Below are positions 10,814-21,671 of a stretch of DNA of 64,000 nucleotides, piece by piece (within the stretch, counting starts at the first letter, position 1; every line of letters begins with the position of its first letter). Under the pieces are notes generated by a model. That model was not told the origin of the DNA and did not search any database. It worked only from the letters and a program-made list of their open reading frames with translations. The stretch covers positions 1,054,001-1,118,000 of the forward strand of contig BQFW01000001.1 in NCBI GenBank assembly GCA_020891255.1. Direction: 5' to 3'. The DNA is from Entomortierella parvispora E1425. Its lineage: Eukaryota > Fungi > Mortierellomycota. Position numbers and translations under genes: made by a program.

Positions 10814-12909
10814 ATGTCCTCACCAAGAGACGATTCCAGAACCAACAGCGTCTACATCGATGCTCCTGAATATCTCTCCAGCTCTGCAGTAGGGTCTGAG
10901 CTCGAGCATGCTGCAACACCATCTACTCCTACCCAACCCATTGAACATACCCCAGAGCCCGACGACGACGACGACGACGACGACGACTCCGAGGATTCCG
11001 AGGACGACGATGAAAACGACTCTGGAGACAGCCGAAGCCAAAGTCCAGAAGGTACCCAGGATCGCGGGCGGAGTCGCACAGTGGAGCCGGAAGATACTCA
11101 GGCGGTTGGCAGTGGCAGTGATGAGGAATTGGTCATGCAACTTGATCATTCCACAGGCCTTCAGCGAGCCACCTCTGTTACTCGCTCCAGTCAGGTCCGA
11201 GCTCGATCCACCTCTGTTGCAGACCGCCTTCGCAGACAGCACCGCAGGATGACCTCCGCTGCTCGAACTTCTGCGACTCAATCAGGTAGCAGGTCGTCTT
11301 CTCGAGTGGCTGGGTCTGCGGCAAGCACAGCTGCTGCGGGAACGTCGTCATCAGCTAAGCAAACACCCGTCGTGGATGAACAGGCGCAGAATGAGCTCAG
11401 GAGAAAGATCATGGACATTCAGAGAGACCCAACGATAAGTTTTGCAGACAAGGCTAAGATGATACAGGTGTGTCCTGCAAACCTGACCTGTTGTTCATAA
11501 GATTCTGTGCTCTGTTTAAAGTTGGTGTTCTAACATTGTCTGCTTTAGAATCTGATGTCATCCAAGTGGGGAGGACAAAAGAGCAGCGGAGGAGATCATG
11601 GCGAACACCCGGAAGACGACTTAAAAAAGACATTCAACGTAAGATTCCGAGGACAGTCTAAGCTCTAGGTGTCTCCTATGCTCGATTTAACACTGGTTTC
11701 ATACCCTGGATGATAGAATGAAGAAGAGGGATTCCTAGGCTGCAAACACTATCGTCGAGGATGCAAGCTGAAGGCCAATTGCTGCGGCAAGTGGTTCAAC
11801 TGTCGGTTCTGTCACGATAAGGCCTGCGATCATCCAATTGTCAGGTAGGGTTTCGACTTCTCAATGCCTAAACGCAATAGCGAATACTAATCAGGATTAT
11901 GGTATAATGGATTTCAACTCGATAGGTCCGATACAAAGGAGATGGTGTGCATGCATTGCTCAACCATCCAACCGGCTGGCCAAAGCTGTTCCTCTTGTCA
12001 TGCAGTGTTGGCATGCTACTATTGTGACATTTGTAAGCTATGGGATGACGATCCTCGAAAGACAATCTACCATTGTCAAGATTGCGGGATTTGTAGAATT
12101 GGAAAAGGTTTAGGCAATGATTTCTATCACTGCAAGACCTGCAATGTATGTCTCAAGATCGAACTCAAGGACAACCACAAGTGTATTGAACGGAACCTCG
12201 AGAGTGACTGTCCTATCTGTGGCGAATACATGTTCACAAGCACATCTACTGTTATTTTTATGGTATGTGGGTCTTTTGAGTGTAATATAATTGTGATGAC
12301 ATTTTTTTTCTTCTGTTACTAACTGGTTGCTACTTTCGACTGTAGCCTTGTGGACATTGTATCCATTCTAAATGTCACGATGAATATGTGAAGACCTCGT
12401 ACCAGTGTCCAACGTGTTGGAAAGCGCTTGGAGACATGTCTGTCTATTACGCCAAGATTGATAGTCTTCTTGCTGGGCAGACCATGCCTCCTGAGTATGC
12501 CAGCATTGTATCCCTAGTACTCTGCAATGACTGCGAAGTGAAGTCTGAGGCGCCTTATCACTTTTTGTACCACAAATGCAAGACATGCAATGGATACAAC
12601 ACGAAAGTACTCGAGACTTTCAGACGAGTGACCGAAGGAGGAGTTGAGACTATTGAAAATGCTACAGTCTCCAGCGTGATTGGATCTGCACCAGAAAACA
12701 ACACCTCAGGAGGCAGCAGTGCAGTTGCGGGTTCGTCCACAAGTTCTGTAACAACGACATCACATAGCGGCGTTGCCACAACTGCCACGATTACAACTAC
12801 TCCTGTCCACCTTGCAGATCTTCCTAACGCCTTGCTTTTGGATGGCAATGCGCCCGACGATATGTCATTTGGTGGCTCTGCAGGATCCTCAGGAAATTCC
12901 GCTCCTTAA
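10814..12909 (+). CDS. RCHY1: CHY zinc finger / CTCHY / RING-H2 / zinc-ribbon E3 ligase (RCHY1/Pirh2 family) with acidic, S/R-rich N-terminus
   Basis: GCKHYRRGCKLKANCCGKWFNCRFCHD, CMHC..Q....C..C, YYCDICKLWDD, CQDCGICRIG, CIERNLESDCPICGEYMFTS, PCGHCIH..C, CPTC, LCNDC..HFLYHKC..CNGYNT, spread over several GT-AG-bounded exons. Confidence 0.93.
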
Positions 12910-12933
12910 AGTGAAAATAAAAGCGTCGAGGGG

Positions 12934-15900
12934 CTATTTTATTTTCTTTTGTACAATGTTGTGTTGCCACCGGATTTTGTCCACTTCTCTCTTCAGGCCA
13001 GGGTGGTCTCGCAACACTGATGGAGGGAGCTGGTCCATACGTTGAATCCAGTCGGATAAAAGCTGCTCAAATAACCCTTTGCTGACATCAGTCGATTGGG
13101 ATTTGTTGCCCTGAGTGTCTGAGAAGCGTTGTGCTTGACGACGAGGTTTGGCTTCTGCCTCCTGGTCTGCTTGAGCCGAGAGGTGGATCAGAAGCTGTTG
13201 GATCTGCATTGCCCAGGTAGCATCCATCCAACTCTGTGTTGTTGTTGTTATTGCTGCTGCGGAGACCGTGCCGTTGGTTACTATCCCCGTTGTCGGACAG
13301 AGCGTGTCAATCAACTGCATATTTGAGAGGCGTTTGGTTAGCAAAGTGATATCGTGTTCAGGTCTAGTATTAAATGTCGAAAGGGCTGGAGAGACTGATG
13401 TTTGTGTGTCGGGTAGGCGATCTGGTCCTGTCTGATGTTGAGACACAATTATTCGGGCTGCCGACAAAGGCTGGGAGGTCGACCATAATGACTGTTCATC
13501 GCTGAAATTTGTAGGCATGCTGTGTGCATCTCCTAGTGTAGCCTCTTGTGGTACAAAAACTGGGAGATCTTTCTCTGATTTGAAGGTCCTAGTATCGAGG
13601 AAGCTGGTCGATCTTTGTGTTTTCAGTCTAGGTGGGGTGACAGTAGCGACAGTAAGAGTTGGATCTCTGATTCCTGGGGAAGTTCTTGGGGAGGAAAGCG
13701 TAGATAGTCCAGTCATGGTGAGTGTTGGCCGTGTCAGTCGTGGGGAGAGTCCAGATGTCGAGGATGAGTAGGATGGAGTCGATAGAGATCGAATAGGGGC
13801 TGGAAGGAGGCGGTGATGTTGGAAGTGCGAGATGCTTGAGGGTTCAGAGTCATCCAACGAAGGATTTACGGAAGCTGTAATTGCAATTGGTGAAGCTAAC
13901 ACGGCTGCAGAAGAGGCGGGATAATGCTTAGGAGGTGCAGTCGTCCAGCTTAAGAGAATATCTCGAGATGGGACAGCATCGATAGTGGCCCGTCGTTTTT
14001 CTGCTTGAAGGCGCATATATGTTCGCTTGGACATAAAGGTTATCGGCGCGGGGTTGTCCGGAATATGGCATTGCTGTGGAATTGCTGCTGAAGATTGAGG
14101 GTTTAGCACCTCGAAGGTGGCTTTTGCTCGGGACCGTCTGCTAAGAAATGTGTGAACTACAGGGGTGGGCCGGGTTGGAGGTGATAGTGTATCCTTGTGC
14201 GTGTCATTATCTATCGGAGATGCCTTTGTCTGATCCAATCCAGCGGCATCCCTGCGGTCTTTCATAACTTTTAGAAGACAGTTCAGAGCTTTTGGATCCC
14301 TGACTCTGAGCAGTGGAGACTCTGCAGGGCGAATGCCCATTGCTGCCCGAATGCTAACTCTGTCTAGTTGCCTGGTCTCCTGTGTCCTGCAAGATTTTTT
14401 GTCAATGTAGCCATTAGTTTCCATCGAATCAGTTGCCTCTTGGATCGCCAAATTGCCCACCACTGTTGATATTTCGTCATCCTGAAAGCCATTTGTAACG
14501 ACGAAGGGATCTTTTCTCTCTCCGGAGATTGGTGTCGTGAACTGAGTTGTTGGTTTGAACGAATGACACAAAGTCAAAGCCGCCCCATCCGGAGCATATG
14601 TGCCCCTTTGCATACCAGCACAAGAATGAAGTACATGAGGTGATGGTGATGGAAGTGACGTCTGTTTTTGGTTTGTTGAAGAGAATTGACGTTGGGCTGC
14701 GCTGCATTCCGGTTTTGGACTCTCTGTCTTAATCTGTGGAAGCACATCCGCCAATAATACATTTCCGAAGTCCTTTGTTAATGACTCCTGTGCGGGACCA
14801 TCCACGTCAAGCGCAGGTAAAAGCCGAGTCGTTGTTTGCTGTAGGGGCAGTTTTTCAGCTTCTGAGCTCGATGAAGGGATGATGGTAGATGAGGTATCAC
14901 CGACAAGTTCGTCAGAGGTATTGGTGCGAGTCCAACCTACTGTCATAGTCGGGGTGATCTTAAGAGCGCTCAAGGATGATGAAGGATGTACGTTTTTACG
15001 CTCGCTAGTTGGAGTCTTGATGGGAGTTGATAATGGCTGTAAGGTTGTTGCAATTTCTTTCGTCACCAAAGAACCAGCTTTGGGTAACATTGCACCAGAC
15101 TGACATCCTGCTGTTGCTGATGCAGTCAATCTTTTTTTCGTTCCCAAGTCCTTTGCTTTGGCACCTGTTGTCGTAGTGGTTATTTTTGTTGTGGTTGTAA
15201 TCGGGGTCGCTGGAGCTTTTCGGCTAGTAGAGTTCTTTTCAGTCCTGATTGCAGTGGTGACCGTCTTTGAGGCAACTCTAGTGGTGGTTGTGGTAGTGGT
15301 GGTGACCCTTGATTTGCTGAATTTGTTGCTACTGAAGGTCGTGGGCTTTGAGAGGGTGGAAATGTCGGGAGAGGAGCTTGCTGCAGTACTCCTCACCTTT
15401 GGGTTAATGCGGCTCTCCTTGACAGTGTAAGAAGTCGAGCACTTCTGAGCTGTCTTTGCTCGAGTGACAGGCGAAGGAGTCCTAGCGTTAACAGTCGCTG
15501 ATGGAGAAGCAGCAGATGGGGAAAAGGATGGGGATGCGGGAACAGAGGGCCCAAGCCCATAGATGCGCTGTCGTGGTTGAACAACTGTCGAAAGAGTAAA
15601 CCTTGGCCGACTGTCTATCACAGTAGGGGGTCGAGTCCGCCCTTTCATTGCAGTTGGTGTTGAAGCGGCGCCTGTTGCAGCTGTCAAGGTTGAGCGCGAC
15701 GGCGATTTCGTATTACGAATGTTTCCTGTTTTCCCGGCTGCCGGTTGCTTGCTGAGAGATGTTGTTAGAGGTCCCTGACGCCGGTTAGTCTCAGAGCCCT
15801 GATCCGTTCCGATGGAATGTCGAATACCGAAGTTCAAGGGGAGAGGTGACGAGGGTGGTGATTCAGGTACGCGAGCATCGTTATCCAGACCTTCACTGTC

Positions 15901-16149
15901 GACTGCAGCAACGGGCTGCGGTGATGTGTCCATCCAGTTTGGCTTTTCAGAGAGGGTAGATAGCCAACTGGCTCGCTTTCTCGATCTGCTTGTTGACGAT
16001 GAGGATGTTTGTCGGTTCCGAGTGCATGAGACTGAAGGTGCAAACACAGACAAGGACGAAGTCGACGACGACGATGAGGAGGAAGAAGTGGAGCAGTTGC
16101 GAGGGCGAATGCATATGGGACTGGTGGCGGCGACCGCGATCATTGCCAT
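12934..16149 (-). CDS. Large intronless S/T/P-rich low-complexity protein of unknown function (1071 aa)
   Basis: 3.2-kb uninterrupted ORF starting at an ATG. No recognisable domain; a short helical-looking C-terminal block (WAMQIQQLLIHL..FEQLLSDWIQRMDQLP..REVDKIRW). Confidence 0.8.
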   Translation of the reverse strand: MAMIAVAATSPICIRPRNCSTSSSSSSSSTSSLSVFAPSVSCTRNRQTSSSSTSRSRKRASWLSTLSEKPNWMDTSPQPVAAVDSEGLDNDARVPESPPSSPLPLNFGIRHSIGTDQGSETNRRQGPLTTSLSKQPAAGKTGNIRNTKSPSRSTLTAATGAASTPTAMKGRTRPPTVIDSRPRFTLSTVVQPRQRIYGLGPSVPASPSFSPSAASPSATVNARTPSPVTRAKTAQKCSTSYTVKESRINPKVRSTAASSSPDISTLSKPTTFSSNKFSKSRVTTTTTTTTRVASKTVTTAIRTEKNSTSRKAPATPITTTTKITTTTTGAKAKDLGTKKRLTASATAGCQSGAMLPKAGSLVTKEIATTLQPLSTPIKTPTSERKNVHPSSSLSALKITPTMTVGWTRTNTSDELVGDTSSTIIPSSSSEAEKLPLQQTTTRLLPALDVDGPAQESLTKDFGNVLLADVLPQIKTESPKPECSAAQRQFSSTNQKQTSLPSPSPHVLHSCAGMQRGTYAPDGAALTLCHSFKPTTQFTTPISGERKDPFVVTNGFQDDEISTVVGNLAIQEATDSMETNGYIDKKSCRTQETRQLDRVSIRAAMGIRPAESPLLRVRDPKALNCLLKVMKDRRDAAGLDQTKASPIDNDTHKDTLSPPTRPTPVVHTFLSRRSRAKATFEVLNPQSSAAIPQQCHIPDNPAPITFMSKRTYMRLQAEKRRATIDAVPSRDILLSWTTAPPKHYPASSAAVLASPIAITASVNPSLDDSEPSSISHFQHHRLLPAPIRSLSTPSYSSSTSGLSPRLTRPTLTMTGLSTLSSPRTSPGIRDPTLTVATVTPPRLKTQRSTSFLDTRTFKSEKDLPVFVPQEATLGDAHSMPTNFSDEQSLWSTSQPLSAARIIVSQHQTGPDRLPDTQTSVSPALSTFNTRPEHDITLLTKRLSNMQLIDTLCPTTGIVTNGTVSAAAITTTTQSWMDATWAMQIQQLLIHLSAQADQEAEAKPRRQAQRFSDTQGNKSQSTDVSKGLFEQLLSDWIQRMDQLPPSVLRDHPGLKREVDKIRWQHNIVQKKIK

Positions 16150-17315
16150 GTCAAACTCGCGGCTCTACCAAAAGAGAGGGCAGACAGGGGTCAATGTGAT
16201 GGACGCGTCAAAAAAGAGGGCAGCGATCATCTGAAGCAACAATGTGATTGGCTGGGCGAGACGCGGGTTAGTCTGTTGTACCTGGCAGATCAGGTGGAGT
16301 GAAGACGGAGCAATGTGAATGGGATGCAATGGAGCGAGGAATCAAAAAGTGGGCAGAGCATGCAAGCAACAATGCGGGATGGGGAAGAGGTGAAGTGAGG
16401 GTAGGAGGGGTAAGAGAACGTCAAGGATGAACTGGAGCGAGAAGGAAGAGGAAGAGGAAGTGGAAGAAAAAGAGGAGAATGAGGATGTTGATGAGAGCTG
16501 CAGAGGGAGGATGGGCCGGACCTGGCTTGCCTGTGAACAAGCGACAGGACAAGCGCTATTCTTATCAACACTGCAAAGAGTTGTCTCTTCCTGTGCGGGT
16601 CTTTCTTTTTGGCGGGAAAGATGACTGGCGCGTTTTGCAATGGTCCTCAGGTTAGTGGGTGCACACGAGGGGTGCTTGTCTGCCTGCCAGCGTCTAGAGT
16701 CCAAGTGAGGATATTAATGGACCATTTTCACTCTTTGGGGGGCCTTGTGCGTCGTAGGGTTGATCTTGCGGCGCTTGATCCATCAATGAATCTGAGACAT
16801 GCTACTGCTGAGCAGACGCTGCAGTTGAAGGAAGAGCACTCGGTGAGCTGGATGGGATGCATCAAAGGTTTCTTTTGGGAGCAAGATGAGCGAGGCTATT
16901 TTGGATGCTCATCCTCAGTTCTTGGAAGCACCTGGCAATGTTTCATCATCGCTGTTCATCATAGTCTTTTCACCCCAGGGAGCAACAACCTTCCTCGTTA
17001 GAGTTGTGCTCCAGAGAGCCCGACCTATTCCAGTGCTGGGTGTGTAAAAGTGGTTGCCCCATGGACACAGGGAGGTGCAAGGGAAAGGAGGCGAGGGTGT
17101 TGCGTGGTGGCCAATTTGCCCGATAGCAAATAAAGGAGTTCAGGAGGCATCTACAAGCCTGAGGTCAGAGAAATGGGGATTGTGCCGGAAAATCAGGGAG
17201 GAAAGGGTGTCATTTTGATATCGAAACCATTCTTCTTTCACTTCACCAGGGACTCTTTTCTTGGCGGGGGTATTATTTATTTAATGGTTTGTTATACATT
17301 TGCAGGTGTGGTTGT

Positions 17316-20258
17316 TCATGCAGCTGCCTGCGTGGGTGGGGCAGAGCACACACAAAAGTGCTTAACAACATCCTGCCACTTCCCCACTGCCCTTCCTCCT
17401 TGTGAGATCTTTCTTGCACATGGTTGCCATGCTGCCGAGTACGCACTCATTTGTTGGATAGTCACACTATCAGCAAGCCCTCGGATCAGCTCGTCTTCTC
17501 GCATTGTGACAGAGTACTTTCGGTTGGGTCGATGGCGATCTCTGACCATAAAGTAAAACACACGGCTTTCCTCCTTCTGATCGCTGGTTCCTGGCTCTGG
17601 AGCTGCAGGATGGAAATTCGCGGGGGAGGCAGAGGCATAAGCAGACTCCATGACCAAATCTTCCGTCCCAATGTCGTCAAAACTGCTAGTCGGTGATGGT
17701 TCTTCCAGCAAGTTTTCTCTATTAGGACTCAAGTGCCCTGGAGCTGCTTCCAAGGTCGTACTTGATGGTATACAGACATCGTCCACGTGGTGCAGTCGAG
17801 TTAGATTGTTCATTCGCTGAGCCAGCAGCACCAGCGTTCCTCGTAAAAAGACTGCATCGACCTTTTTTCCTGGGTCCAGATCCAGGAAAGGCTGGAACGC
17901 ACAGTAGTCATGAGGAATACCAGCAGTATGACAGGAACGATCTTCTGCAATGGGCAACAACAGCGACCGTCCATATGTCTGGGCGTACGAAGTCTGGTTG
18001 GGTGCATGAGGATGGAACATATACCGGAATGTACCGTCAGCAATGAAACCCGACATGAACTTCGCATAGGCTGTATCGTCTGCATCCTGTCCATCTACAG
18101 GCATGTCACCGTAAGCAAGATGCAAAAATGTTTGATGCAAGTCCAAGTGGGAGATGATCCGGTTCTGATTTTGCTCCATTGATTCAAGGAGGTGAGGTCG
18201 ATCTTTTAGAAGCTGGTTTGGGAGAGCCACAAAGAGTGGAGGGATCTTGTGATGAATAAACCCAGGGAAAGTGTATGTTTCGCGCCCGTAATGAAGTCCG
18301 TGGTCGGCCATAATCACCAGCGTACTAATTGTGTTGCACCATGTTAGTACGTGCTCCTTTGCTAATACTTGTTATATATACGCCAATCTTTACCTCTTTG
18401 GCGACAGCAGTGGTGGACGACCATCCTGACCAACCAATAGGTTCCTGATAAAGTTGGACAATCTTTGGTCGAAGGAAATGTGATGATGATCCTACAATGC
18501 GTATGTAGACCTCGTATAAGTAACACCATTCATTCGACTGACAATGAACTAAATTTTCTAATTTTTTTTAGGCAAAGCACTTACTGGGGAATGCGCGTCC
18601 ATAAACGAGTAGGTCGCAAATCGGCGACTTCCTTTAGTGCTCGCAAGCCAGCCTTCCAAGTTCTCCATGATGTGTTCATGAATCGCCATGCGTCCAGCGC
18701 AATAAGGTGTGTTCCAGCGCATACCCCCCATAAGTGCAGTATCATAATCCACTTTCGGAGGCAACGTGCAGCTCTGGCCCCAGATATCAGCAACGACATG
18801 CATATCGTGGTTCTGGCACCAGGCCTGTTGGGGCATTTGGTACTGAGCCGGGATTCTGCCATTGAGGCGCGAATATTCAGAGGTGATGGCCCCTGTGGTA
18901 TAGTCCCGGATTCCTTGTTCTCCTCCACATTCTCCGTCGGTGTGAGCAGTTTTGAACCCTTGCTCCTCGTAGACATCCCAGACCCAGTGCTTTGGACCAT
19001 GACTCATATTCTCGATCGACTGTCCGGAGTAAATGTATGCTTTGTTTGGCGGGGAATTTTGACCAAGAACATTGTAATGTTCAAAATCAAAGACACGATG
19101 TCCACTTCCACCATGAGTCGTCTCTGAACTCGAGTTGATGGCACGGAGTGTCTCCATGACGGTCTTCATTTCGATCATGAATTTTGCCCTCGAAATCGCA
19201 TCCACGAGCAGCATGACTACGTCGTCCAGCAAAGGTTGGGGTGCTTCTTTTGTGCCTTCTACATGGGGTGGTGATACATCTTCGTCATCGTCCGGTACAT
19301 CAAACTCTCGAAAGACAAGATTGGCATTATTCTGTCCTGGAGGACAGAGTACAAACGCATAGCGCTCATTGCCAAGAGGTAAGAGGTCTTCGATCCCATG
19401 ACTCACTGTGGTGTACTCCTTGAATTCGTTCTTAGCGAAAGATTCAAAGTGGTATCGGTACCGGGGTTGACCAGGACAGTCCACGCCCATATATTGCTCG
19501 CCGTTGCGCCAGTGGATAGTTGTAAACTTGCGTCCATTTGTGATGTTGATGGGTGTAAACGAGTCAATGTCCCAGTCCCAGGGCGGAAGTTGAAAGTCAG
19601 ACAACTTGAAGTCGTCAACACTGATTCCTGCGGGTGGTTTCAGGAATCTGTTGTCAGGCCCTGTCTCGGTGTTGTTGTTCCCCGCTTGTTCTTTCTCCGA
19701 GTCCAGGGAATCATTAGAATTGAGATGAAGCAGCGATAGCAGTGCAAAAGCAACGGATACCACCATAGCAGTGCCAAAGACAGTGGCTAGGATCCGGCAG
19801 GGATGAGAAAGTCTGGAGGCAGGACCTTTGCCGTTCAAAGAGGATGGGTAAATGTAGGCTCGCTTTGTGCTTGCAAGAGGAGCAAAGTCATCCATATCTT
19901 CCATGTCAATGTCGTCTTCCTCATCGCTGTTGTCCTCATCGTGGGTTCTAATGAGATCGTCCCCAAAGGTGACACGAAAATCCTTGACAGACCGCGAGTG
20001 CAGATATAATCCATTGTCGTCATCATCGTCATCATCGTCATCATCGTCATTATTGCCAAGAGCTGGGCGCCAGTCACGATATGGGGAAGGGTGAAGGTTT
20101 TGGTCTAGAGTATCTACATCTACAGCAGCATTGGACGCCATGACGCTAGAATGATGGTGTTGGTCCTGCGAAGAGGATGGCTGTCCTGTTGGCCCGAGTT
20201 GAATATCATCGTCAAGCTGGTCATCCCCTTGGCCCAGAGAGCTGTATATGCCAGGCAT
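17316..20258 (-). CDS. DUF229-like alkaline phosphatase/sulfatase-superfamily type II membrane protein (3 coding exons)
   Basis: Probable ATG 20258 (MPGIYSS; an acceptor lies just upstream, consistent with a 5'UTR intron). One TM helix ILATVFGTAMVVSVAFALLSLLHL. Motifs: VVMLLVDAISRAKF, YNVLGQNSPPN, WVWDVYEEQGFKT, spliced AHSP|DHHHISFDQRL and PKS|TLVIMADHGLHYG, HHKIPPLFVALP, NQNRIISHLDLHQTF, GRSLL.PI...RSC..AGIP..YC. Confidence 0.8.
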
Positions 20259-20744
20259 GGGTGGATATGGTTTAAGGGACCAAGTATTGAGCGTCGACCG
20301 AGTCCTGCCTGTATGCAAGTAAGTCGTTGGACAAGCAATCAGGTGGAGCCGAGAAAGACCTGTCAGGAGGACAGAGTTTGGAATGGAAGAGGAGGGATAA
20401 AGAAGAAAGGACAGGAAGTGCGAGGATGATAAAGATTAGCTACAATGACCCAGGCGAAGAGAGGGACGTGGGGATAGGGAGGGTGAACGAGTGTGATTAA
20501 AGAAGACGATGATGAGATGACGATGATGAGATGACGATGATGAAGATGAAGGGCGAAGGATTGTCGACGGAATGTTGTTGTTCTTTGCGCTCGACCAGAG
20601 AGCAAACAAAAATAGCACACAAGGTTTGTGCGAGACAAACATCAGAAGCAGCGTCCCTGCCTGTCTCATGTCTGCTGTCTCATGTCCGCTGTCTCTGTGC
20701 AGGTCACCGTGGTTCAACCATCAACCACAGCAAGGACAGAGCCA

Positions 20745-20840
20745 GGGTAAAGGGTAGGGACTAGGGACTGGCATGAGCAGAGGCAAATAGGGTCAAGGGC
20801 AGGAAAGGCCCTGGGTTGACTGCTTGCGCATGAGCAGAGG
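20745..20840 (+). repeat. G-tract cluster GGG-TAAA-GGG-TA-GGG-ACTA-GGG (20745-20766) and a 13-bp direct repeat GCATGAGCAGAGG (20771, 20828)
   Basis: Read directly from the sequence. It lies in the divergent intergenic region between the DUF229-like gene and the aminopeptidase. Confidence 0.7.
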
Positions 20841-21671
20841 TCGCACGGAAAAGAAAGTAGGGTCATGGTGTTAGCTGTGGTCGTGTGTTCAAAACCAAGG
20901 GAGGGTCACACAATGCAAGTGCAGGCGGCGTGCCTGACTTTGCGCTCGACCCGCTCCGCCACCACAGCCACTTGGTTCAGCGCACTTCTGCAGTAGCTCA
21001 GGATGGATACATGTACAAACGAAATGGCTCCCTTTTCTGGAAGGAATATCGTTCTCACGGTGTCGTACCTTGTGAGCGTTTTGATTGGAGAGTGGGTTCC
21101 CTGACGCCATCCAGGCCTTTATCGCTGAACTTCATCATCAAAAATCACGGTTCCCGTTCTTTTTCCTCAAAAGTTCTCCTCTTTGCCTTCCTGCGTGTTC
21201 CAGCTTCTCTTTATTCAAGACAGGAGAGTTTTCAATTAATTACCTTGTTGATCATGGCACGACGACAGTCTCTCTTTTTTGATCTTTGTGTGCCATGAAG
21301 GCTAGAAAGCGCAGGCAATGCCAAGCCAAGCCCAGCCAGACCACGCCAAAGGGCCCCAAACCTAATAACAATGGACTGGGGTGGTCATCTTGTTGATGGG
21401 AACGCAAACGAGTCCGCTCGACCAATCAGGCGACGGCAGCACATCGAACACAAATCCCCACGAGAAAAATGACTCGACAGCAGCAAGAGCAGCAGCACGC
21501 GCAGAGAGGAAGACAGTTTGGTCCTTCTCCGCCCATGGGAAATCGATCGTTTCCTTATCCGGTCCCGCCTTTTCTCTCAGCTTCTCTCTCGCCTTCGTCC
21601 CTCTCCCTTCTCTCACAACACTCCCCCCGCCAATTGCGTCTTTTGTGGCCTCACCCAGAGACAGCATAAAT

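Noticed and set aside
16290-17300. Several 65-130 aa ORFs between the large orphan and the DUF229-like gene
   Set aside because: Low-complexity purine/pyrimidine-tract translations without motifs; likely UTR or promoter.
10960-20051. (GAC)n and (TCATCGTCA)n microsatellite-like runs at ~10960 and ~20020
   Set aside because: They simply encode poly-Asp tracts in RCHY1 and the DUF229-like protein.
20885-21298. 137-aa and 65-aa ORFs upstream of the aminopeptidase
   Set aside because: Non-ATG starts, no motifs and no convincing splice structure. A relic cannot be excluded but is not supportable.
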